Assembly: GCF_009914755.1 (NCBI RefSeq)
Contig: NC_060940.1
Reading direction: 5' to 3' (one strand)
Length of the DNA: 64,000 nucleotides
From: the human T2T-CHM13v2.0 reference genome, Homo sapiens
The notes beneath the pieces were generated by a model. That model had not been told where the DNA came from and ran no database searches. It worked only from the letters and a program-made list of their open reading frames with translations. The stretch's first letter is position 1. Every line of letters begins with the position of its first letter. Made by a program: the position numbers and the translations under genes. Shown piece after piece: positions 12,056 to 23,885 of the stretch.

Positions 12056-13672
12056 TTAGTGGCGCAAATGATCTGGAATACTCAAAGTAATTTTAAGAAA
12101 GGAGAACAAACTTGGGGGACTCACATTACCCAATTTTAAGACTTTTCATAAAACTATAGTAACCAAGAAAGTGAGAAAGGATTGTTCAATAGATTATTGA
12201 TACAGAATAGAAAGTCTGGAAACAGATCCACACAAATAGACTTGACTGAGTTTTGACAAAAAGGCAAAGGCAATTCAATAGAGAAAGAATGTTTTTCTTT
12301 AACAAATGGGTCTGGAACAATTGAATATTCAAATATGAAATAATATTAGTTATAATAATGACAATAATAATCAACATTGACCTATACCTCAAGATATATA
12401 CAAAAATTAACTCAAAATTGATCATCATCGACCTAAATGTAAAACATAAAATTATACAACTGCTAGAAGACAACATATGAGAAAAGTTGGGTAATCTTGG
12501 CTTATGCAAAAAGTGTTGAGATATGACATCGAATGCATGACACATAAGAGAAACAACCCAACATCCTTCAGCTAGAAAATGATTAGACAATATGCGATTA
12601 ATCCATTCAGTAGAATATTACTCAGCAATGAAAAGGAACAAACTTGATTAACATAACGTAGATACATCTTAAATGCATTTTGCTAAGAGAAAGAAGCTAG
12701 ATCATCCCAGGGCTACTTATCGTATGATTCAATTTAATGACATTCTGGAAAAGGCAAAACCATGGAAGCTGAAAAGAGATGAGTGATAGCCAAGGGTGGT
12801 GGGATGGGGAGATGGGTTTGAATACATAGGCAACAGCACGAGGGTGATGGAAATGATCTGTAAGTGATGAATGCACAATTCTACGCATTTGTCAACACTC
12901 ATAGAACTGTAGACTACAAAAAAATGAATCTTACTTTATATAAATTTTTGAAAAAGTCAACCAGGACGGAGGAGAACCCAAGATGGATTGCAACCTGTGA
13001 CAATGAATCAAACTGTTACAAATGAATAACAACCACACTGAAGGCAGTGGAGATGAAGGAACTGATCTAAATCACTTTGGAATACAGTGTTCTCACTGGA
13101 TACTATCAGGCTAAAGGCAAAAGGAACCGCACACAAACACCGTACTCAGTTGGCAAATGTGTTTTTCACAGGGGAAGGGTTAGCAATTCCGAAACTATAT
13201 GTATAGTAGCACTGGACAAATAGTAAATATATTGTAGATAATGAGAAACAGGTTTCCCATGGTCGGAGGAAGAAATTATAATACAAATGAGGAAGTGAAG
13301 AAAGCTAGACTAAACCCTGTGGTGGAGACTTAGAGTCAGAGCTGTTAGTATAAACTCATGATTTTAAATACATATGTGTGTATATATATGTATATATATG
13401 CAGATAGTTCAATAACAAAGTAAACATAAATATGTGTGTACACATGGGCTAGTGTTTATATATAGGTTTACATTTCCTAGCTCTATCTCCTTAGAAGACA
13501 TAAAAACAGTAATGTCCCAGTATCAAGCAGCACTCCTAGCACTTAAATATCATTCTCCAATAAAAGAAACCAAGGCTCCTTGCAAAAGTGGTTGATTCCT
13601 GGGCTAGGGCAAAAAAAAAAAAAAAAAAAAAATCAAGATGAGCCTGGGGCATATTGTGGTGCCATAAAGCAA

Positions 13673-13926
13673 TGAGTTAGACAGGAAGACTAAGTTCTAG
13701 TGATCTATTGCATGGCATGGTGACCCATAGTTATTAATACTGCATTGTATATTTCAAAATTGCTAGAAGAGTAGATTTAAATGTTCTCATCACAACAAAA
13801 GACAAGCTAGAGGATATGTTAATTAGCTTGATTCAGTCATTCCACAATGTATACTTATATCAAAATGTCACATTGTACCCCATAAATATATATAATTATT
13901 ATTTGTCAGTTAAAATTTTTACAAAA
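13673..13926 (+). mobile_element. L1MA8/9-like 3' end inserted in the older L1
   Basis: 'taagttctagtgatctattgca...atttcaaaattgctagaagagtagattt..aatgttctcatcacaa...cattgtaccccataaatata'. Confidence 0.85.
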
Positions 13927-13979
13927 GGAAGTACTTTAAAAGAAAAAAAAAGTAATATGCATGTTAAAAGGGCAGAGGA

Positions 13980-14289
13980 GACCAGGCATGGTAGCTTGTG
14001 CCTGTAATCTTGGCACTTTGAGAGGCCTAGACAGGAGGATGACTTGAACTCAGGAGTTTGAGACCAGCCTGGGTAACATAGTGAGACCCCTAACTATACA
14101 AAATTTTTTTAAAAAATTAGCCAGTTGTAGTGGTATGCATCTGTGGTCTCAGCTACTCGGGAGGCTGAGGTGGGAGGATTGCTTGAGCCTGGGAGGTTGA
14201 GGCTGCAGTGAGCCATGATTGACTGTGCCACTGCATTCCAGCCTGGGTGACAGAGTGAGACCCTGTCTCAGAACAAAAACAAAAACAGC
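13980..14289 (+). mobile_element. AluJ
   Basis: Dimeric Alu with J-type 'ggaggattgcttgagcc..gaggctgcagtg'; TSD agggcagaggag/agggcacaggag. Confidence 0.95.
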
Positions 14290-15222
14290 AGGAGGGCACA
14301 GGAGCCAACCTGAAAAAGTTCCCAATGATCTACACGATTGGGGAAAATTTCAGCAACAAAATAAATAATGATGTGATTGCTATAACCTAAAGAATAAAAT
14401 ATCCTTGTGTCTCTACTGATAAACAAATAATCAAATAAATAAAAACAGCAGAAAATACACGTCTTCATTACAGAAAAATTCCAATTAATAGACAGAAAGA
14501 AGCAAGAAAAAGAAAATCACCACCGGAATACCTCAGTGATAATTACTGCAAGTAAGATCTACTGAGGGATGTTAAAATTAGTGAGCAAAAGTTTAATGAG
14601 AAGTAGGATGTTTCTCATTAAATATCTCTCCCCACATATATTTATTAATTGCAAAGAGAAAACAGCAACTTTACAGTGGAGCAACCTGGCCGTCACTACC
14701 TAATCCAAGTGATCCAGGTTAACATCACCAGTGATGAGACATCATCACATGCCTGCAGGTATAGAGCACTTTGCCTTGATGGCATTCTTCCCATAAAGGA
14801 CAACCCTAGTCTAGTCATGGAAGAAGACTATATAGTCTCAAATTGGGGACCATTATACAAAGTAATTGGCCAGTACTCTTCAAAAGTTTCCAGGTCATAA
14901 AAGACAAGGAAATACTAAGTTGCCATAACAGATTGGAGAAGAAAATGAGGAAAATTAAGTGCAACGTAGGATCTTGAACTGAATCCTGGAACAGAAAATG
15001 ACATGAGAGGAAAATCTTCAAAAAAAAAAAAATCCAAATCAACCCTGTAAATTAGTTAATAGTATTGTACTGATGTTAATTTCTCATATTTGACAAATGT
15101 ACCTTGGTTATGTAGGATGTTAATGTTAGAAGATGCCAGATAAATGGTGTATGGGACTCTCTATACAATGTTTGTAGTGCTCTGTTAACTTAAGTCATTT
15201 CAAAATAAAAAGTTTTGTTTTC

Positions 15223-15537
15223 AATTTATTTTTAAAAATTATTAACTTATCTGTTTTAGACACAAGGTCTTGCTCTGTTACCCAGGCTGAAGTGCACTGG
15301 CTTAATCATGTCATTTCATCCTTGAACTCCTGGGTTCAAGCAATCCTCTTGCCTCAGCCTTCTGAGTAGCTAGGACTAGAGGCACATGCCACCATGCCTG
15401 GCTACTTTTTTTTTTTCTGTAGAGACAAGGTCTTGCTATGTTGCCCAAGCTTGTCTCAAACTCCTGGCCTTAAGTGATCCTCCCACCTCGACCTCCAAAA
15501 GTGCAGGGATTACAGGTGTGAGCCACTGCCCCTGGCC
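15223..15537 (-). mobile_element. AluJ
   Basis: Dimeric Alu reverse complement; TSD aaaagttttg(t/c)tttc. Confidence 0.95.
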
Positions 15538-16889
15538 AAAAGTTTTGCTTTCTTAAGCTACTACTAGTCAATGTTTGGTGCTGGCAAAAGCATCCTGAAG
15601 TAATACAAAGGTCTATTTTGGAATCTGGTTGTGGTGACAAATACAACCTGACTGCATTGTTGTAAATTAGGGGTACAACTAGGAAAACAGAATTTTGGGG
15701 GGCTCCTATAGGGACAGTCAACAAAAACTTCCTAAAGTGGAGATATAAACATTTTATTCAGTGGTAGAGAGTGAATTAGGTCTTCTTTATAATTTTCCCC
15801 ATCTCTAAGTTTATATGACTCATTTGTTGTATTTGCAAGTGGGACCCACTTGTTTTGCAGCCAACACTTACACTAATTTTTTTTTTTTTAAATGGATCGG
15901 AATCTATTGTAGGAGGGGGAATGGTAAGCAGTGGAATGTAAAACGCAAACCAATCTATAGTTTCCAAAGGGCCTAGGGAGGCTGCCAAAATTAAAGTTGG
16001 CAGCAAACAGTTTACTAAATCTCTAAAGAAGAAAAAAAAAGGTTATATTACAAGTCCCATAAATATTCTAAGAGTGGTAGGTAAAGTGTGTTTAATACTG
16101 ATGAACAAAGTTTTAGCATGTATTGGAAAAACAGTTTCTAATATAAAATTACCGACAACTGGAAGTTATCTGCAAAATTTTATACCTAAGTACTTGCAGA
16201 TGTAATTTATTTTTCTGACAGCACCGCCTGTGTAATGAAAGTTGCTTTTAATAAAACATGAATGCAGTTAGGTTTTGCCAATTAGGTTCAGAGGAGTTGT
16301 AATCAGTCTGATTCAAGTTGATACGTAGCTCCTTAAATTCAGCACTGACCCATAGAATGGCTTCAGAATTTCTAAAGTGTTTGTGAAAGATGAACTCCCA
16401 AAGCTCCAACTGCCCAGGCAGAAGGGAGGTGGTCCTGGCCAACTCAGGACAGATGCATCCCAAAAGGACTACAGTGGTCGTGGCTATAGAAAGCCATGTG
16501 TACTGGGTTGGGTGTTAACACAAGATTACAACTGACATGAAAATAAGCCCATTCTCCATTTCATTTTATTCATGAAAACATGAGCAAACGTCTAATGCAT
16601 GCAAACATCTAATAGCCATAGATCAATTATCATTTTTACACAATCAGCCAGAAGACAAACCCTGGTTCCTTCTATGTTAGCACACTTCTTGATGCTCGGT
16701 GAGATTTCAAGATCTATAAAGACATGTCCTGTCACCTTGAGCACCTTAATAACCTGTCATCAGAAGAAAAAATGCAACAAAATGAAGTTTTGGGGTCTAG
16801 AATGAGGTCATCAGTATTTTGAACTTTTCATTTGGGTCCCTGAAGTCTTATATTCAACAAATATTTGTTGTTTAAATATTTGCAAAACA

Positions 16890-17087
16890 TAGAGGTCAAA
16901 AGATTTGAAGCATTAGTTGGACTCAGCCAGAGACCTGTTTCTAATAGTTGCTATGTTTTCATATTTAAAAACAGTAATAATAATTATTGCCCTGCCTAAC
17001 TTATTGGAATGTTGGAATGACACAGTATAATGATTTTAAGGGAAAGTGCTTTGAAACTTTAAACGCACTATGCAAATGTCAGTTACT
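16890..17087 (+). mobile_element. MIR3/MIRc-like fragment
   Basis: 'ccctgcctaactt..gaaagtgctttgaaactttaaacgcactatgcaaatgt'. Confidence 0.6.
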
Positions 17088-17907
17088 GGTAAGTACTGGG
17101 AATAAAATAGAGGGCTCCTGTCAGTCGGAAATCTTATAGGTTGGTTGAGAAGGATGGTTTTTTGCCTCTTGGGTTTCAAGTTCCCTGCTAGGTCACAGAT
17201 TAAAGCATTTCATAGGCATGATCTCATACCAGTCCCACAAGGATGAAGAAATTGATGCCTGGGATAGTGCAGACACTCAGGTGAATGGTTGAGATAGACT
17301 CTGATACTGCATCTATTTTGCTCCAAAGCTCATCTGTTTCATCTGATGACTTCATTTGCTCCCTCATGAAGCCAATTAACAACAGAAGAACCTAGAAGTG
17401 TTCTGCATAAATGATGCAGACATAAATACCGTGGGGATATCAAGGCATTGCCTCCCCAGAGCTGTGGTTAAGTGCACACTTTGTCAGCTCTTCCTTCTCT
17501 GTTCCAGCCTGCACAGAGTTGGCAAGAAAAGTTAGTATTTTCTTGGTATCTGCAGCTGGTACTCCCCAGACAGGAACTGAAACACGCCTAATGGTGATTC
17601 ATTCATTCTCAACTGAGTTTCTTCTTTCCTGTACCCCAGGGCACTTCCAGGTTCTGGCCCTGAAACGGAAGTCTATGTGTGAAAGAGACACACAGAGGCA
17701 GCTTCCCAGCTATTTTCATCTCAGCTGGCTTGCCAAAGCCCCATTTCAAACCTCTCTCCTCCCCCAAAGTCACTGGAATATCAATCACAGTAAAGGCGTG
17801 TTGCATTCCTTAATGGTAACTCCGACTCTTGGTTTGGCATTTAGATAATGTCCCTACTATCTGTCCCTTAAGCAGACAATAGGGACAAAAGATGGAGACG
17901 GGTTGGT

Positions 17908-18052
17908 TCCCTGCAAAATCAGAGACTATAGTGGTAAATACATTTTATTGTCTTTTAGCTTGTTTGGCTGAAGCATCTTGAACCCTCCTAGAGTTGGCAC
18001 AAAGCATTTTTTCCAACTTGAAAAGCATTTTTTGTTAAGTTTATTTTTATAG
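17908..18052 (+). repeat. Local direct duplication, putative donor copy (145 bp; partner 18730-18874)
   Basis: Ungapped manual alignment, about 123/145 identical. Confidence 0.95.
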
Positions 18053-18151
18053 GTTTGAAATCATACTTCTTGTTCAGTGGCTTTTGAGGGACAAGTATGA
18101 ATAGCAGGAGACAATGGATTACAGAAATATTTAAATTGGCATGAACAGAAT

Positions 18152-18344
18152 GTGAGCTGGAACTAGGATGAGGCGAGTTGGAAAATTATGATATTTTGTA
18201 TATTGAGTTTCTTTGCATTAATTTTAATTTAAAAAATTATTGCATTAAAGTATTATTGATCTTGATTACTAGGTATTTTGGTACCTCTGTAAAATTTGCA
18301 CCTTGGGCAAGTATCTTACTGGCCTCAACCTAGTTCCGTCCCTG
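18152..18344. mobile_element. MER96B-like hAT-Tip100 MITE
   Basis: TIRs 'ctggaactaggatgaggcgagt' / 'actggcctcaacctagttccg'; AT-rich core 'tgcattaattttaattt..cttgattact'. Confidence 0.75.
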
Positions 18345-18577
18345 CATAAGACACGTTTATTATGCTACCCATGGACCTGTGGACTTCAGAAGACATTTTG
18401 TGGCTCCCTTGAGTCAACTCAAACAGGGCCCTGTTGGAGCAGGATACTACCTCCCTCTTCTCCAAAAAACGACCCATGCTCTGCTTTCATAACAGAAAAT
18501 TATTCTGCATGTCTGCTCTGGGGTATAGAGGAAGAAAGTATGCCATCTAGGCTCTGTGCACGAGCGCGTTCAAGCCG

Positions 18578-18897
18578 GCATTGCTCAAACTTTAGCATGG
18601 ATATCAGTCACCAGGGACCTTGTTAAAAGTGTAGGTTCTGATTAAGCAAGTCTAGGATGAGGCTTCAGATTCTGCATTTCTAGCAAGTTCCCAGGTGATG
18701 CTGATGCTGCTGGTCCCTAGATTATATAGTCCCTGGTAAGCCAGCGACTATAGCAGTAAATATATTTTATTGTCATTTAGCTTGTTTGCCTGAAGCATTT
18801 TTAACCCTCCTGGAGTTGGAATGAAGCATTTTTTCTTACTTGAAAAGCATTTTCTGCTGAATTTATTTTTATAGAACCTTTGAATAGCAAGGGTCTA
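18578..18897. mobile_element. MER5A-type hAT element, interrupted near its end by a 145-bp local duplication
   Basis: 'ctcaaactttagc..tcaccagggaccttgttaaaa..ttctgcatttctagcaagttcccaggtgatgctgatgctgctggtcc', then '[insert]', then 'ctttgaatagcaagggtcta'. Confidence 0.85.
18730..18874 (+). repeat. Local direct duplication, inserted copy (partner 17908-18052)
   Basis: Ungapped, about 85% identity; splits the MER5A. Confidence 0.95.
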
Positions 18898-19203
18898 CAA
18901 ACTGGTGGTTCATGGGCTATGTCCACAAACATGGTTTGTTTGGACCAGATTTTTTTTTTTAATTAGCCAGATAGTCACCTATTCTTTAAAAAACCTCTGG
19001 AATATCTAGTAGCCTTGGACCAGCCTTTCTGCATAGTAATGAAAGGCTAGAGAATGGTAGGAACTTTTTTTTTAGACAGGGCATAGGTCCTGTATTTTCC
19101 TGTAATCCTCACCACATGTATGCACAATGTGAACTTACTTAAACTTCTCCACTTTATTTGTTATTGGTCTGGACTACATAGGCCTTTGAATTTTGCAACC
19201 TCG
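18898..19203. mobile_element. MER102-like hAT element
   Basis: 'caaactggtgg..catgggc..tttgtttgg', end 'taggcctttgaattttgcaacc'. Confidence 0.6.
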
Positions 19204-19699
19204 ATCTCCTATTTAGTTTGTCAAAAACATTGACTGGTATTCACTCAAATCAGAAACAAGCATATTGATATTTGTTGACTCTTATTCTCAAGCATTGGTC
19301 TATGTATTTTTGTGGCATTATTACCAACTTACAGCATATCCAAAGGCTATGTTTAAAATTAGCCTCATGAACAAGAGGAAACAGCAGTAAAATTAACTCT
19401 CTAAAAGGCTTAGACCTTACTGACTTGGATTTTGAAACCATTGGAAAATTTTATGTGCGATTAAGTTGAGGACTAAAGAATTAATGGAAGCACCATCTAC
19501 TAATTTGTGTTTAAATTTGGCCAAGGTGTATTGTAGCATTTGAAGCAGAAAGCATGGAACTATTACTTGAATTTGGAGTCTAAATATTAAAATGGTACTC
19601 AAGCTAGTATAATTTGAATGATAATTACCAACTAAGTGACTTTTTAGGACACAGATATTTTAACTACCCTAGTTTTTGTTAATCACTGGCCACGCACAG

Positions 19700-20110
19700 T
19701 TGCTCCTCAAATCCTGCCAGTTCTATTCCTTAAACAGGTCCCCATCTATTCCCTCATCTTTCTTCTCCAGCCACTGCTCTGACATCCTGTCTCACATGGA
19801 TCATTGTAAGAGTGTCATAAATGTCCTCTTGACTTCTAGTATTTCCCTCTGCAAGTCATCTTCCAACTTCCTGTGGAAGTAAAAAGCAAAAATTTACCAA
19901 GTTGCCCTCTCCCTAGACCTCCTCAGTGACTGTCCATCACTGACAGGACAAAAATTTAAAATTCCTTCCCGCCATGCAAGGCAGCACCAGCTCCCATCTG
20001 TCCACCTCCCACACCACACAAACCCCCTGCCCCATGATGCATCCATGCTAAAGACCCTAGAGCTCTAGGAATTTTCTGCAATGTATTAAACCTTCTTGCT
20101 TCATACTTAC
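19700..20110 (+). mobile_element. L2 fragments
   Basis: 'caaatcctgccagttcta..tctcacatggatcattgtaagag..tcctcttgacttctagt'. Confidence 0.6.
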
Positions 20111-22129
20111 TGGTCCCCAGGCACATTGGTTACCCCTTCAAGGTGTTCCCCATAGCACATATTATATATAGTGGAGTTCCACATTATGTGGGCATTAAGC
20201 TCTAATATCAGAAAGCTTAGGGCAAAAATGAAGTATAGTTAAAACTATCTTGAGAAATTCTTTCTATCACCCATACCACAGAGTATATATGGTTTGTGAT
20301 ATAAGCAAAGCCAATAGCTCTCCACGTGGAACAAGGAGCTTTTAAAAAAGTCGATTACTGATTGACATAGTTGAACTTTAAGAACTAGAGAGAGAGGAAT
20401 TGAATTTTTGCTGGTCCTCAGTTTCCCTAGCTGTGAAATAAGCAAGTTCAACTAAGTAATCATTAATAATTTCATTCAGCTTTACTATTCTAGGCTAAGA
20501 ATCAAATACAAGTTTCAGGCAGAAAAGACATGTAGGTGCTATGTTTGGGGTGCTAGGTACTTTGGAAGTCCTACAACAATATTTAAGTGCATCAGGATGG
20601 ACACATTTTTATGCAGTAGAACTCAAGGCACTTGGGAATTCCAGGCAGATCAGCTTGGATGGTCCATTCTCCAAAAAGAAGCAATTAAAGCAATGGGTCC
20701 AAGCTATTCTTCTCGGATGCATGCCAGAGAAGGACATGGGTAAGAACGTGGGCTTTTGGAATGTGCCGACACCCAAAAGGTATAGGAGGGCAGCAAGATG
20801 GCGAAAGGCTGTGTGGTGCAATATGGCACCTCTCCACACTTCTTCAAGGCTTCAGAGAAATTACTGACCGAGGCTGTCAGGTGATTGGAGTTTTTGAGGG
20901 ACATACCACGAAGGGTGCAGTGTGGCATAAATCTAAACTGAGAAGGCAATTGAAAAAGTAATTCAGGAACAATCTTTTAAAACAATGATGCCAGGACATT
21001 TGCAAGGAATTAAAGAGGGACTGGAAGCTTATCCAACTCTGGGTGATTCATATCAATCTCAGACATCCCCCAACCCTTTCTGGAAAAAGTTTCTGAAACA
21101 GAGTAGGGAGCAGAAGGTGGGAGGGAGATCTCAAGTCGAAAGCTGTGACTTTCTCTCCTCCTGATGAATTGATTTTCCAGAGTAGTGAGTTTCAATTCCC
21201 TCCAGACGATGTCCGAGGGGCTCTTCTGTTCATGAGAAACTAGAGCTGGAGGAAACTCATTTTGACTTTTTTTCCCCAGAATTGTTACGACAGTTTCCAT
21301 TTGTGACCTGTGGTTACTTTTCTTTCAGGCTGTATGCAGCTCCCACTATTTCTAGCATAGCTCTGGCTTTTTTTTTTTTTTTTTTTTTTTGCCTCCTTGT
21401 TATATAGACATCTCTGGTGTGTATTAGTTTTCCTTTTTGCGAACAACATTCTAACTTTGAGCTGTGGAAAACAATCATTTAATCAATAAATCTGATATTG
21501 ACTATGCCCACATATGTTTATGACTCTGGTAAACTTAATCATATGAAGCAACAAGCAAATGAATAATAGATCATAGAGTTTTATACCTGTACTGAACCTT
21601 TGAGATTATCCAATGTAGCACTCGTTTAACAGAAGCACCTGAACTTTAGCAGGTTTCAAGGCTTGTCCTTAGGATCATTTCGTGGCAGAAATGGACAAAA
21701 CCCTTCTCTCCCTCCTTTGCGTTCTTTGCCCTTCACTCTGGGCATCTGCTGTTGTTTCTGCTAGACTGCAAGCAACATCTGATGAGGAATATCATTCCTT
21801 GATTTTGCCCATAGATCAAGAATCCAAAACTTTAATTTCCACAGGTGCCAAAAAGACAGCATAAAATAGGGAAGTGGCTAATGTATGATGTATTTTTGTA
21901 ATTCACCCACTCTGTTGTACATTAACAGGTAAAATCAAGCTTTATTCTCCCCCATCCCCAAGAACTTTTCCCCATTTTTTTTCGTGGAATATTTATTATT
22001 TTAGGCATCTTTAATTTTTCCATTTTTTGGTAGATACATGTTCATTAAAAAAAAAGAGAAAGCAAAACAGACTAGCAACATGATCAACGGCAATTGTCCC
22101 TAGACCACATGGCAGGGATTGCCCAGGGA

Positions 22130-22690
22130 TGGCGCATGCAGCAGCAAATTGCCAGGTGTCTACAGTGCCCACCGCTATCCCACTGCAGCCACTGTGCTCA
22201 TATGACAGAGGAGAACCAGCGAGACTGGCTATTTTGATTTTCAAAAAAAAGTAAGATATCTCTATTTTTTTTTGTGAAACCTGAACATTTCTTTTTTTTT
22301 TTTTAGAAGTTTTATTATTTATTTTCTTTAGAGACAAGGTCTCACTCTGTTGCCCAGGTTGCTGGAGTATAGTGGCTTCATCACAGCTCACTGCAGCCTT
22401 TGACCTCCTGGGCTCAAACGATCCTTCCACCTCAGCCTCCCGAGTAGCTGGGACTACAGGTGCATGCCACCATGCCCGGCTAATTTTTGTATTTTTTATA
22501 GAGACAGGTTCTTGCAATGTTGCCCAGGCTGGTCTCAAACTCCTGGCCTCAAGCAATCCACCCACCTCAGCCTCCCAAAGTCCTAGGATTACAGGCACGA
22601 GCCACCACACCCAGCTGAAATCTGCTGATTTCTAAAATGCTGACCATCTGTTTTTAGAGCGACATGAAACAAAAAAACACACCTGTCTGA
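22130..22690. mobile_element. MER102-like hAT remnant split by AluJ
   Basis: 'gaaatctgctgatttctaaaatgctgac...aaacaaaaaaacacacctg'; similar to 36330-36520. Confidence 0.4.
22288..22615 (-). mobile_element. AluJ
   Basis: Dimeric Alu reverse complement with 'cacagctcactgcagcct..ctgggctcaa'. Confidence 0.95.
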
Positions 22691-22834
22691 GATGGAAAAG
22701 ATGGGTGAGCTTCGGATGGAAGAAGAGCAGCAAAGAGAAAAGACCACAGTCTTTGAACTGGCTACAGATGTGCTCAAGTCCCAGCTCCACTACAGACTTG
22801 TTCCTTATTTTGGGCAAATACAGCAATCTTCCTT

Positions 22835-23278
22835 CTCAAGTTGGTTTCTCCAGGAAATAGACTCTGAGGTTCTGAGATCTGTGTGTGGGAGCTGTATCAG
22901 GGGAATTTATTAGAGGTGCTCTCAGGAGCAATGTCTATGAGGGGAGAATGAAGCATCACTGGGCAGAAAGAGAAGCTGAACCTCAATGAGGTGATGCTAG
23001 AGTCCTTAGCTGATCCACGGGGAGCTCTAGAGCTGTCATGGTCCTTCACCAATGTCTTGAGCTAGGCAAGGGGGCTGAACCTTGATAGCCCTGCACCAGT
23101 GAGTCATAAAATTTGGGCTATCTCTGAGGAGGGAAAAGCCGTTCCCTTCTAATTCCTGGGGAGGGATGAAAGTGTGAGCTGTTTGCAGCCAACACCTGCA
23201 GCAGCAAGGAGAATGAGAGAATGAGTGCCTTGGTCCTGAAAATGGGGTAGTGCTTGGGGTGGCACCTCAGCATCCACA
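22835..23278 (-). mobile_element. ERVL LTR16 family (LTR16C-like)
   Basis: 'ccaggaaatagactctgag..tttattagaggtgctctcaggagcaa..ctgggcagaaagagaagctgaac..ggggagctctagagctg..tgcagccaacac..gcatccaca'. Confidence 0.75.
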
Positions 23279-23534
23279 GCATTTTCTGAGCCTGTTTCTT
23301 GTTTGGTGTAAGAGGGATAAAAATACTTATCTTTCTTGGGCATTATAAGGGTAAGGCAGTATACCATATGCAAAGGGTCTAATCGTACTCGGCACATATC
23401 CAGCATCCAATAAAATGTAATTATCAGTGGATATGAGCATGAAGTCACTTGACAGCAAGGACCAGAAGCAGTGTAAGAGGAAAGTAATGGAGGTAGAAAC
23501 AGTTACGACAAGTTTAGTATATTAAGAAAAGCAG

Positions 23535-23885
23535 AGGCCCAACCTAGTGGCTCACACCTGTAATCCCAGCACTTTGGGAAGCCAAGGCAAAAGGGTTGCT
23601 TGAGCCCAGGAGTTCAAGACGAGCCTGGGCAACATAGCGAGATTCCCACCTGTACTAAAGAAAAAAAATTAGCTAGTGGTGCACAATTATAGTCTCAGGT
23701 TCTTGGGAGGCTGAGGCTGGAGGATTGCTTGAGCCCAGGAGTTCAAGGTTGCAGTGAACTATGGTTACACCACTGCACTCTACTGTACTCTAGCTTGGGT
23801 GACAGAGTGAAACCTTGCCTGTCTCTAAAAAAAAAAAAAAAAAAAAAAAAGAAAAAAAAAGAAGAAAAAGAAGATTAGAAGAAGA
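23535..23885 (+). mobile_element. AluJ with a long A-rich tail
   Basis: Dimeric Alu; TSD-like aagaaaagc on both flanks. Confidence 0.95.

Larger units (their letters stand above)
12065..15213 (+). mobile_element. Old L1 (L1MC3/L1MD-like): ORF2 3' remnant plus 3' UTR, interrupted by L1MA and AluJ
   Basis: 'gaacaaacttgggggactcacattacccaattttaagactt', 'ttgacaaaaaggcaaaggcaattcaat', 'gacattctggaaaaggcaaaac', terminal 'ttcaaaataaaag'; ORF2 is degenerate. Confidence 0.85.

Noticed and set aside
12186-12590. 134-aa hydrophobic ORF
   Set aside because: Antisense of an A-rich degenerate L1 ORF2; hydrophobicity is a compositional artefact.
22011-22610. 199-aa ORF, the longest in the track
   Set aside because: The N-terminal half is AluJ read-through (WEAEVGG..RSLRPAW) and the rest crosses polyA tracts; no domain.
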